From: Amphiscolops sp. MND2022
Taxonomy: Eukaryota
DNA: 64,000 nt
Direction: 5' to 3'
Assembly: GCA_964187785.1 (NCBI GenBank)
Contig: OZ076409.1
Coordinates: 87,174,001-87,238,000, forward strand
The translations under genes were made by a program, and so were the position numbers. The notes under the pieces were generated by a model that was not told where the DNA came from, did no database searches, and saw nothing but the letters and a program-made list of their open reading frames with translations. The stretch's first letter is position 1; every line of letters starts with the position of its first letter. Shown one piece after another: positions 34,623 through 43,220 of the stretch.

Positions 34623-34775
34623 TCATTTTTCTATTTTTATAATAATTTCTATATTTCTCCGCTTCCGTTTTGGGGGGATATAGTCTTCATCTTCGCTCTC
34701 CGAATCATCGATAAAGTCTTCATCTGAACTATGTAGAGATTCATCCTCAGAAACCTCACCTTCACTATCGCTCAT
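34623..34775 (-). CDS. 50-aa acidic protein with NLS-like motif (below the ORF-track cut-off)
   Basis: Hand translation MSDSEGEVSEDESLHSSDEDFIDDSESEDEDYIPPKRKRRNIEIIIKIEK*; TAAATG start; fills the gap between neighbours. Confidence 0.55.
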   Translation of the reverse strand: MSDSEGEVSEDESLHSSDEDFIDDSESEDEDYIPPKRKRRNIEIIIKIEK

Positions 34776-35302
34776 TTATAAACAAGAAAACTTCTTTCCT
34801 CACAAAGAGCTGTTCCCCCTTCATATATCTTAAAGTAGTTGCTATCAAGTCATAATAGTTAATGTTTTCATAATACCTAGCCGAGACCAACCACTTCATC
34901 ATCCTAAGTGCATAATCTCCAGCTTTGTGAATTCCTTCAGATGCAGCGAAGACATTTTTTTTCGAAATCATCAGGCATGTCATCAAACTTGTTTAGGATT
35001 TCTTCTAAGATATTTAGTCTCTTCTTTTTAAGATATGTCAGGACAGCTGCGAGAACGTCTATATCATTGGTTTGAACTAATGAATTAACTTCCATACAAA
35101 TACCAATTATTTTCGGAGTTGCATATGTTAATCTCCCTTTAAAATTGATATTCTTTTTTCTTTGAACTTTTGTCAATTGATTTTTAGTTTTTATAACATT
35201 GAATTCACATACATAACAAGTGAATTCATACTCGTATTCTAGTAGAGCATTTCTATTACATCTCCTACACATGGTAGGATTTAAAAATTCTTCTTCATCC
35301 AT
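34765..35302 (-). CDS. Hypothetical zinc-ribbon protein, split by a 1-nt indel in an A8 run
   Basis: CRRC..CYVC N-terminus. Removing one A at about 34955-34962 joins ...DDFEK to NVFAASEGIHK... of ORF 34765-34986. Confidence 0.55.
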
Positions 35303-35500
35303 TTATTTCGTTACAATATGAAAAGATCCGTCATCTAATTCAATTATATTTGATTTTTTATCTAATTTAACACCATTCATAACTTCATATTTAGATTTCA
35401 ATGACTTGGGAGGAGATGTTTCTCTCAGAATTTTACCATCATTGATAATGTACTTTGGATTATTAACTTCAGTGTAAAATTTATTATTTATGTACTTCAT
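35303..35500 (-). CDS. Hypothetical 65-aa Polinton protein
   Basis: TAAATG start; its TAA stop directly abuts the next ATG. Confidence 0.55.
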   Translation of the reverse strand: MKYINNKFYTEVNNPKYIINDGKILRETSPPKSLKSKYEVMNGVKLDKKSNIIELDDGSFHIVTK

Positions 35501-35591
35501 TTATTATATATTATTTATTTCAAATAAATTTTCAATTTTTTAATTACAGATTCGTTTTCATCTAATGTTTTTATATTGATGAATTGATGAA

Positions 35592-36821
35592 TTATAAAAG
35601 ATCAAAGTGTCTTTGCCCGTCACTACTAATACTTATTAACTTGGGTGTTAGTACAAGGGCATAAGCTACATAATCTGCTACACCAAAAGCAGCACTAAAT
35701 TTAAATTCTAATCTAATAGGTTGAGATGCTATAGGTGGTTTTTGCTTAGATAGGTCAAATACATAAAAATTGTAACTCGTTCGGAATTTGTGCAAACTGA
35801 TAAACGGATTGAGTAGATTAGATTCAGAATGTAAGTTATAGAAGTTTTCGATTTCATAATAAGCTTGATCGTATTTGTCGCGGTCGTAGTCACATTCTAT
35901 TCCATCATCGGGATATTTTTCTGATCCTATTTTACAAACTGCATTACTAACCGAAAGTCGATCGAATGTTGAGTTGTTATGTGTTTGTGAATCAATTTTA
36001 TTTCTAGCTTGAAATCCAACTATCACGTATGTTGGTGTCGATTCTCCACTGTTGCCTAATTCAAATGTCCAATTATTATTGGTGTTAACATCTTTTCTAA
36101 AGACAGTTCGTTCTATATAATACAACTCGGTTGGGTCTTTATCTAATATTTGATTAAGGACAAGCTGCTGGTTTTCCATACTGGGTACATAGTGTGGAAT
36201 GTGCCAAGCAATATCTTTTATATCTATTTTTGCAGCATCTACACCGTTGTCCCTGATGATAGGGTCGTTATTATTATTACGTTTTAATGTCAGAGAATAA
36301 CCCAATCCGTAAGTTATTTTTTCTTGATCAGCAAATCCAAACAAGTCTTTTAGTTTTATTCTAACAAAAAAGGTTCCTTTTTCTGTTTTGTGGTTTGTTA
36401 ATTCTAATCGCCTGGTGTTTTCTGATTCTTCAAATCCGTACATCAATTGACTTGTTTGTTGGTTGCTAGTCAAAAGCTTGTACATTAAACATACTGGGTG
36501 TAGGTTATCAACTTTCTCAAGATGCTTTCCTGATGATGTCACAAGTTTAGCTTCACTAAATAAAGCAACAGGCCCAAAGTTGACCAAGCTTATTTGGTCG
36601 TTGTCTACGTAGCGTGTGTTATCGTTTTTAAGAACTTCAAATTCTAGACTAATGTATGAGTTTTGTAAACAAATATAAGCATCTTCTCTTGGGAAAATGA
36701 TGGAAATATTTGAATTATTGTTGTTGATTGTAGCTAAACTACTAGGCGAGTATTTAATAAAATCAATTTTATGAATTGGATTATCGAGAAGATATTTATT
36801 TTTCAAAGAAAATAATTCCAT
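35592..36821 (-). CDS. Double jelly-roll major capsid protein (Polinton PY / hexon)
   Basis: 409 aa, beta-rich; Polinton MCP-type motifs ALFSEAKL, LKDLFGFAD, WHIPHY.P, PTYVIVGFQ, KYP and YVFDLSKQ. Confidence 0.85.
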   Translation of the reverse strand: MELFSLKNKYLLDNPIHKIDFIKYSPSSLATINNNNSNISIIFPREDAYICLQNSYISLEFEVLKNDNTRYVDNDQISLVNFGPVALFSEAKLVTSSGKHLEKVDNLHPVCLMYKLLTSNQQTSQLMYGFEESENTRRLELTNHKTEKGTFFVRIKLKDLFGFADQEKITYGLGYSLTLKRNNNNDPIIRDNGVDAAKIDIKDIAWHIPHYVPSMENQQLVLNQILDKDPTELYYIERTVFRKDVNTNNNWTFELGNSGESTPTYVIVGFQARNKIDSQTHNNSTFDRLSVSNAVCKIGSEKYPDDGIECDYDRDKYDQAYYEIENFYNLHSESNLLNPFISLHKFRTSYNFYVFDLSKQKPPIASQPIRLEFKFSAAFGVADYVAYALVLTPKLISISSDGQRHFDLL

Positions 36822-36879
36822 TTATATACAAAAAATCATGATTTAAAATTTATACTGATATTGTTTTTACTAAATAATG

Positions 36880-37416
36880 TTAGCCTAAAAAAGTAAACTC
36901 AGAATTTAGTTTAGTTTTGTTCGTTTTGTATGTATCATAAGATTGTTTTAGTTTGTTATATTCATTCAGATCGATTTTATTGTCTTCTAAACATTTTGAA
37001 TGTAGTTTACAGAAATCATGTAGTGTTCTACCAGCAAGGGTATATTTCTTAAGATTGTGTTGTTCTTTTCTTTTCAGGTACTCACCAAGAAGCTTACTGA
37101 TTATACATAAACCTGCACCAATACCACTAGCAACGGGGACAACAACCAGTCCAACTCCAGTAATGCTGAGAGTGACACATGTTGATGATACAGCTAGTAT
37201 TGAAACACCATCAACAGATTGTATTAAACAATTTATGAGCTTGTATTGTTTACTTTTCTTTTTATACTTTTTGGCTTCATGATTATAAAAATTTTTAATA
37301 TCTTTTATATTTTGAATTGAATTATTGAAACTATTTATTTCTTTCAATCGTAGGTTTAGGTGTTGCTCTAAACTATCTACTTGTGGTTGCAAACTGGGGT
37401 ATAATTTTTCATTCAT
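36880..37416 (-). CDS. Putative membrane-associated virion protein (LYPxL motif plus Gly-rich hydrophobic hairpin)
   Basis: N-terminal LYPSL; hydrophobic stretch ILAVSSTCVTLSITGVGLVVVPVASGIGAGLCII between coiled/basic segments. Confidence 0.65.
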   Translation of the reverse strand: MNEKLYPSLQPQVDSLEQHLNLRLKEINSFNNSIQNIKDIKNFYNHEAKKYKKKSKQYKLINCLIQSVDGVSILAVSSTCVTLSITGVGLVVVPVASGIGAGLCIISKLLGEYLKRKEQHNLKKYTLAGRTLHDFCKLHSKCLEDNKIDLNEYNKLKQSYDTYKTNKTKLNSEFTFLG

Positions 37417-37420
37417 TTAT

Positions 37421-38110
37421 TTAGTCAAAAAGAATGAAATTGATTTCACTCGTGGTTAGTTTCATTCTATATTTAAGGTCAACTATATCTTTGTATTCAT
37501 CTTTTTTTAAACACTTCACAATATCTTCTCTCGTTGAATAGTCCAAGTCTGATAAATAATACACACCATCTGATGTCTTTATTTCTGTTCCGTATTTTTC
37601 AAGCAAGTATTGGTTTGAGAAGGTCAAATACGACTGGAATATTTGGTCCTTATTTTCAAATGAGTCAAACAATCCTTTGCTATACAGTAGTTGTATAACA
37701 TCCTTGACTGCTTGGTTTTTGCTTTTTTCCAATTCTGAAATAAGGTTTCTCTCGAAACTATTTCGCAAAATGGTTTGTTGTTCTTCTACCAACTTAGCAG
37801 CATCCAAAATTATTTCTTTCTTCTTTTCTAATAATTTATTTTTAATATCTTGTTCTAAGTATTTCAAATTTATTTTTATATCTTCTATATTTTTGTTTAT
37901 GTCTACAAACGTTTTTGCATTGACTAATACCTTTGTTTCACCGTTGTCAAATATAACTTCTTGTAGGTTATTAAAATTTTCTAAATTATTAGACAAATCA
38001 TAAAGTTTTAAGTTGAATAATTTGGTTTGTGACTCCAATTCTTTTTCAAGATTCTCAATCTTGTCTTTTTGTAGGCTTTCAGCACTATAACCAAACTTAT
38101 GTAATGACAT
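37421..38110 (-). CDS. Hypothetical coiled-coil protein
   Basis: Intact 229-aa K/E/L-rich ORF packed tightly between neighbours. Confidence 0.65.
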   Translation of the reverse strand: MSLHKFGYSAESLQKDKIENLEKELESQTKLFNLKLYDLSNNLENFNNLQEVIFDNGETKVLVNAKTFVDINKNIEDIKINLKYLEQDIKNKLLEKKKEIILDAAKLVEEQQTILRNSFERNLISELEKSKNQAVKDVIQLLYSKGLFDSFENKDQIFQSYLTFSNQYLLEKYGTEIKTSDGVYYLSDLDYSTREDIVKCLKKDEYKDIVDLKYRMKLTTSEINFILFD

Positions 38111-38130
38111 TCTTATTTATTTTAGCATAA

Positions 38131-38982
38131 TTACTCAAACTGATGGAAAATATTCATACTTTCTAACGTTTTGTTATTAGATTCAAAGTTGAATACACTT
38201 CTTAAAAGTTCTTGTTCATAATATTTTCCTGCTATTTGCTCGTTGTTTTCGTCTTCTAAAGTATAGGTTATGGGGTTAGTTGGATTAATTTTTTGTATTT
38301 TAAAAAGTTCTCTATTCCAATTTGTTGTATAGCCTTTTGAATAAATGTTCCTTTTATCAGGAACTCTTACATAGTCTCCCACTTGAAATTTGGGTTGTTT
38401 CGGTTTATTAACAAAAGTAGGTGGATCTATTGGTTTATTACTAGCTTCAAACGGTGTCATGCGGGTTGTGGTATGCACACGATTATTATACTTATCCAAA
38501 GCACTGTTAATATGATTCAACCAACAAGCTTTACCTTCAATATACATCGGTTCTTTGATAAGATCTAATAATGTTCTATTGAAACGTTCAACAAAAACAG
38601 CTTTCAAATCTGAGTGAGTTGAATAAATTTGTATTTCATTTTGTTTAAGAAAATCCAAAAATGTTTTATTATAGAACTCTTTACCTCTATCCGACCACAC
38701 TTTTTCAGGTTTTCTTTTACTAGTTTCTATTAGTTTCTTGAATGCAGTCGTTGTACTTTTTCCTGATTTATCTTTAAGAGGAATCGCCCATGCAAATTTA
38801 GTATGATTGTCAATTATTGTAAAAATAAACTTGTAGTTTTTGTTGTATTTTGCTAAGCTAGATCGGTCTATCAGATCAATACTCCAACACTCATCTTTAT
38901 AGTGAGTTTGTATTTGGATGCGGTCAAATTTTTTAACTACAGGAGAGAATATTTCTTTAGCTATTTTTTGTTTCAGGTTCAT
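38131..38982 (-). CDS. Retroviral-like (rve) DDE integrase of Polinton type
   Basis: WSIDLID, IIDNHTKFAW, WSDRGKEF, VERFNRTL and YNN motifs; C-terminal FQVGDYVRV..WNRELF; no chromodomain visible. Confidence 0.95.
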   Translation of the reverse strand: MNLKQKIAKEIFSPVVKKFDRIQIQTHYKDECWSIDLIDRSSLAKYNKNYKFIFTIIDNHTKFAWAIPLKDKSGKSTTTAFKKLIETSKRKPEKVWSDRGKEFYNKTFLDFLKQNEIQIYSTHSDLKAVFVERFNRTLLDLIKEPMYIEGKACWLNHINSALDKYNNRVHTTTRMTPFEASNKPIDPPTFVNKPKQPKFQVGDYVRVPDKRNIYSKGYTTNWNRELFKIQKINPTNPITYTLEDENNEQIAGKYYEQELLRSVFNFESNNKTLESMNIFHQFE

Positions 38983-39018
38983 TTAATAATTTAGAATGGT
39001 TGAAAGTGGTATTTTTAT

Positions 39019-39836
39019 CACTAAGTGTTGGGTCTTAGTGACTCTTAGTGACTCTTAGTGATTCTTAGTGTTTCTTATTCACTAAGAGGTGGGTCTTAGT
39101 GACTCTTAGTGATTCTTAGTGTTTCTTATTCACTAAGAGGTGGGTCTTAGTGACTCTTAGTGATTCTTAGTGTTTCTTATTCACTAAGAGGTGGGTCTTA
39201 GTGACTCTTAGTGATTCTTAGTGTTTCTTATTAACTAAGAGGTGGGTCTTAGTGACTCTTAGTGATTCTTAGTGTTTCTTATTCACTAAGAGGTGGGTCT
39301 TAGTGACTCTTAGTGATTCTTAGTGTTTCTTATTCACTAAGAGGTGGGTCTTAGTGACTCTTAGTGATTCTTAGTGTTTCTTATTCACTAAGAGGTGGGT
39401 CTTAGTGACTCTTAGTGATTCTTAGTGTTTCTTATTCACTAAGAGGTGGGTCTTAGTGACTCTTAGTGATTCTTAGTGTTTCTTATTCACTAAGAGGTGG
39501 GTCTTAGTGACTCTTAGTGATTCTTAGTGTTTCTTATTCACTAAGAGGTGGGTCTTAGTGACTCTTAGTGATTCTTAGTGTTTCTTATTCACTAAGAGGT
39601 GACTCTTAGTGACTCTTAGTGATTCTTAGTGTTTCTTATTCACTAAGAGGTGGGTCTTAGTGACTCTTAGTGATTCTTAGTGTTTCTTATTCACTAAGAG
39701 GTGGGTCTTAGTGACTCTTAGTGATTCTTAGTGTTTCTTATTCACTAAGAGGTGACTCTTAGTGACTCTTAGTGATTCTTAGTGTTTCTTATTCACTAAG
39801 AGGTGGGTCTTAGTGACAAAAAATCGTCTTAGTGAT
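39019..39836. repeat. Tandem array of 15 x 51-bp units (plus a degenerate unit), each with a palindrome
   Basis: Unit GACTCTTAGTGATTCTTAGTGTTTCTTATTCACTAAGAGGTGGGTCTTAGT; CACTAAGAGG recurs every 51 bp from 39080 to 39794. Confidence 0.97.
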
Positions 39837-39865
39837 TCATTTTACAACGGAATTTTACTAAATAA

Positions 39866-40687
39866 ATGAACAGTTTAAATTGTGGTAATAAAAAAATCTG
39901 TAAAGGGTGTAATATTTTTAAATCTGAAGAAGATTTCTATAAATATAAAAATGGTGATGTATATATTAAGTGTATTAGTTGTTTTAATAGGAAGATGAGG
40001 TGTGAATTTTGTAACCGTGAATTCAATAAAACATATTTGTCAAAGCATATAAAAAACATTCATAAAACTGATACAAATAATACAATTGAGGCTGATGCAT
40101 TAAATCGAACATTAATAGTTGGTCCTTCATTTTGTGGTAAGACTTTTTTGTTATTAAACAAATTACAATTAATTCGCTTGGATAACCCAGAACAACAAAT
40201 AAAAATCATAACTAGATCTCCGGAACAATACGAGAACATACAACTAGAAGACGTTTCAGTGGAAGACGATCTAGAAGATAGAACAATACAAGATTTTCAA
40301 AATTGTTGTGTTGTATTTGATGATATGTTAGACTCGAATCAGAAATTAATAGATCCATTTTTTACTAGGGGAAGACATAATGATTTAGATGTTTATTATT
40401 TATCACAGTCATATTTCGATTTGCCTAAACGCACCATACGCAATAATAGTAATATCATAATTTTATTTCAACAAACATTGAAAGATGTAGAAAATATATA
40501 CAGAGATATTGCAGGTTTTGATATGTCTTATGATGAATTTAAAAGTTTGTGCAGGGAGGCATGGAAAGAAAAATACAACTATTTATTAATAAACAGGCTA
40601 GAAGATAAAAACGGATGTAAGTATAAACTGTGCAATGAATCTAATCCAGAGTATAAAATCTTTAATCCACAAACTGATCCTTTTTAG
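39866..40687 (+). CDS. FtsK/HerA (A32-like) genome-packaging ATPase with N-terminal zinc fingers
   Basis: Walker A GPSFCGKT, Walker B VVFDD, RGRH and SQSYF; N-terminal CKGC..CISC and CEFC..H..H. Confidence 0.92.
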   Translation: MNSLNCGNKKICKGCNIFKSEEDFYKYKNGDVYIKCISCFNRKMRCEFCNREFNKTYLSKHIKNIHKTDTNNTIEADALNRTLIVGPSFCGKTFLLLNKLQLIRLDNPEQQIKIITRSPEQYENIQLEDVSVEDDLEDRTIQDFQNCCVVFDDMLDSNQKLIDPFFTRGRHNDLDVYYLSQSYFDLPKRTIRNNSNIIILFQQTLKDVENIYRDIAGFDMSYDEFKSLCREAWKEKYNYLLINRLEDKNGCKYKLCNESNPEYKIFNPQTDPF

Positions 40688-41582
40688 TAAAAGCTGAAAC
40701 AATGTTTTGATGTTGATTTGTTGTAATGCATTGGTATTGTAAAAGTTTATCAGCAATTGCTATGATTTGTTCGCTCAGCATAGGATTATCATTTCCTCCT
40801 ACTTTTTCTAACACGATTAGTTTAAGTTGATCTACAAGCTCATCTGGGTCAGATGGGAGGAAGATATACTGATTTAATCCACTTCCCGATTGGGATTGTT
40901 GATATGTGTATTGATTAATCAAATGTTTAATGAAATAATACCTCTTTGATTTTTTATCTCCATAATTAAGATCATATTTCATATCTTTTAAAAAATTATA
41001 AATAAGATTCTTGTTTTGTATTTTTTTATCTATTTGTGCATTAGTTATAATAGATGAAAGATCTGGATCGTTTAAATTATATGTGTTACCATTCTCGAAA
41101 GTCATCGTTGAACCTTTGATTTGTACTAGTTGAGGATCAGTGTGGTTAATTTTGAAGAAATTTGAACTTCCTAAAACAGGTTCTAAACTAAATTGACTTT
41201 TGTTTTTGTCATTGAGAAGGTTGGAAACTGTTTTAACAATTGAACTGTCTACTTGGTTGGAATTAGCATCTTTAATAGATTTTTGTAAATTTTTATTTAA
41301 AATATCACTACTGTGTTCTATTGCTCTTGCCTGATTTTCGATTGCTTGTGTTGTAGTTTGAGTAGAATCACGTAGCGCTTGTATTTGCTTTTCAGAAAGT
41401 TCTTGTTGTTTAGTTTGGTTTTGTTTCTGGTTTTCAGTAATGGGTTCAAAAACTTCTTCCATATCGTAATGAAAGTCTTGCTTCCCAAGTTTCTCTTTTA
41501 ATCTTTCTTTGCGGAGTGAAGATTTTGTTTTTTGCAATTTTTTTAATTTTTCTAAATCATCACGATTATGTATTGAATACAT
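40662..41582 (-). CDS. Conserved-type Polinton protein (putative core protein)
   Basis: Coiled N-terminus; C-terminal GSGL...LPSDPDELVDQLKL..GNDN motif that I recognise from Polinton ORFs. Confidence 0.65.
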   Translation of the reverse strand: MYSIHNRDDLEKLKKLQKTKSSLRKERLKEKLGKQDFHYDMEEVFEPITENQKQNQTKQQELSEKQIQALRDSTQTTTQAIENQARAIEHSSDILNKNLQKSIKDANSNQVDSSIVKTVSNLLNDKNKSQFSLEPVLGSSNFFKINHTDPQLVQIKGSTMTFENGNTYNLNDPDLSSIITNAQIDKKIQNKNLIYNFLKDMKYDLNYGDKKSKRYYFIKHLINQYTYQQSQSGSGLNQYIFLPSDPDELVDQLKLIVLEKVGGNDNPMLSEQIIAIADKLLQYQCITTNQHQNIVSAFTKKDQFVD

Positions 41583-41597
41583 TTATTAACCATAAAT

Positions 41598-41999
41598 TTA
41601 ATGAATTTTTCCCAAATATAAGCCTTTTCCTTGATGAACAAATTTTATAATATCAGGAGCAGTTGCAGCTATCATTCGTGGATTTTTACTTGCTGCTGCG
41701 GTACCAATATTAGCTGCGAGTTCTAGTGCTCTACCAGGATTATTGAGTATTTTCTTTCCAACATTCTTTGCAGCTTTGCCAATATGTTTAAAGAAGTCAC
41801 CCAATCCCTCGGCTGAAATAGTTTGATCAGATACTATAAGGGATTTATTTCTTTTACATGTTACACACACACCACGTAGGAGTTTAACTGGCATGCCAGT
41901 TTTTTTATTTTGAGAAATATCTCCTCGAATATTAGTTGTAGCAGAATAGTGTTTACCACCAACACAATAAGACTTAGTTTTAAATTTATTGAAGCTCAT
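41598..41999 (-). CDS. Small basic virion protein: zinc ribbon plus amphipathic helix, GxG|L sites
   Basis: YCV...CVTC; AEGLGDFFKHIGKAAKNVGKKIL; QGKGLYL. Confidence 0.65.
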   Translation of the reverse strand: MSFNKFKTKSYCVGGKHYSATTNIRGDISQNKKTGMPVKLLRGVCVTCKRNKSLIVSDQTISAEGLGDFFKHIGKAAKNVGKKILNNPGRALELAANIGTAAASKNPRMIAATAPDIIKFVHQGKGLYLGKIH

Positions 42000-42008
42000 T
42001 TATTTATA

Positions 42009-43046
42009 TTAAATCTTGATGATTTGAATTGTGAATGTGAGTGTCTCGTTGTTGAAATCTACTGGGTTGTGGTTGGAGTCTTCAAGAAAAAATTGTATCT
42101 GGTCTAATCTTGTTTTGTTTATCTTTTTGTACAAAACAGTAGTCGGATTATTTATAATTTTATATCCCGGAGGAGCACTAAGATTAAAACTAAACAGGAT
42201 TTGTTCTCTAATTCCATTAACAATTGAACCATCTACGCAGTCGCACTTCAGGTGAACTTTATCGGTGGTCGTTATCATAACTGGTTTCTCTGAAGTGTGA
42301 GTTCCGGGTGGGTAATCCTTGTTTGTAAATCCCAAAAGAATGTTAAGTCTGGAGTTAAAATGAATAGAGTTTGAGGTTGTTAAAACTGATTTCATTGATA
42401 TTGTGTCGGGTATTATATCAATTTTAAAATCATAATCACTTTCATGAATTTTTTGTTTAATTGCATTATTTATATCAACTAGTTCATAAACTCCTGGTGT
42501 TTGTTCTATTTCAATAGAATCATCTTGAATTTCAAATTCAGGAATAGTTATGGGGTGCTTGGTGTGTTGTTGGTTATTAGCCTCAACTAATTCCTTTAAA
42601 TCATTAAAATCTTTTTTTGCAAGTTTATTGTTTTCAGAATAACTATTAGTTATAATTGTACTAACTTTTTCTACAAATTCATTATACGCCTCCTGATTTT
42701 CTAAGTTATAGGATTCATACAAAGATTTTATATTCTTTACTAATACAATGTCAACTCCATGTTCTATGAGTTGTTCGTCTGTTAGAAGTATTTTAAGTTT
42801 GTTATTGCTGTTAGTGATATTATAAACTGTATTATAGACTTCTAAACTTGTTACTCCCATCATCCAATTTTCATTTAGTTGGAGAGGAACATCGAATGAA
42901 AAAGATTCCTTTTGTTTAGTCATTTTAAATTCTAGAGTTTCTTGTGGTTTCGAATGAGTATTTTCAACAATTTCTTGATTAGATTTAGCAATATTCAGCA
43001 AAAGAGATTCCTTTTTATCATAAGTTACAAAGTTTGATAGATCCAT
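42009..43046 (-). CDS. Minor capsid protein (single jelly-roll penton)
   Basis: F..PLQL..W.MG.TSL..YN, PGVYEL.DIN, LLGF, CD.VDGS.VNG, PGYKI and PVDFNNE motifs. Confidence 0.8.
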   Translation of the reverse strand: MDLSNFVTYDKKESLLLNIAKSNQEIVENTHSKPQETLEFKMTKQKESFSFDVPLQLNENWMMGVTSLEVYNTVYNITNSNNKLKILLTDEQLIEHGVDIVLVKNIKSLYESYNLENQEAYNEFVEKVSTIITNSYSENNKLAKKDFNDLKELVEANNQQHTKHPITIPEFEIQDDSIEIEQTPGVYELVDINNAIKQKIHESDYDFKIDIIPDTISMKSVLTTSNSIHFNSRLNILLGFTNKDYPPGTHTSEKPVMITTTDKVHLKCDCVDGSIVNGIREQILFSFNLSAPPGYKIINNPTTVLYKKINKTRLDQIQFFLEDSNHNPVDFNNETLTFTIQIIKI

Positions 43047-43049
43047 TTA

Positions 43050-43217
43050 TTATGCATGAAAGTGTTTAAATCCACTAGCAGCTATGTTATTTATAAATTC
43101 TTGTCTATCTTTTGATAATTTTTTCTCATTCGGAATACCATTCGTATTATTATTTTTTGAATGATCTTTTGGATATATGACTTTAAACTGAGCTGAATAA
43201 GTATTAATTTTCTTCAT
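43050..43217 (-). CDS. 55-aa hypothetical protein (below the ORF-track cut-off)
   Basis: TAAATG start; MKKINTYSAQFKVIYPK...SGFKHFHA*; exactly fills the protease-penton gap. Confidence 0.5.
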   Translation of the reverse strand: MKKINTYSAQFKVIYPKDHSKNNNTNGIPNEKKLSKDRQEFINNIAASGFKHFHA

Positions 43218-43220
43218 TTA

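Noticed and set aside
39019..39836. CRISPR array
   Set aside because: Units are contiguous and near-identical with no unique spacers, there are no cas genes, and the context is eukaryotic.
29158..42255. Short antisense ORFs overlapping Polinton genes (e.g. 29158, 30168, 36953, 37677, 42031)
   Set aside because: Shadow frames of real genes, with non-ATG starts and no motifs.
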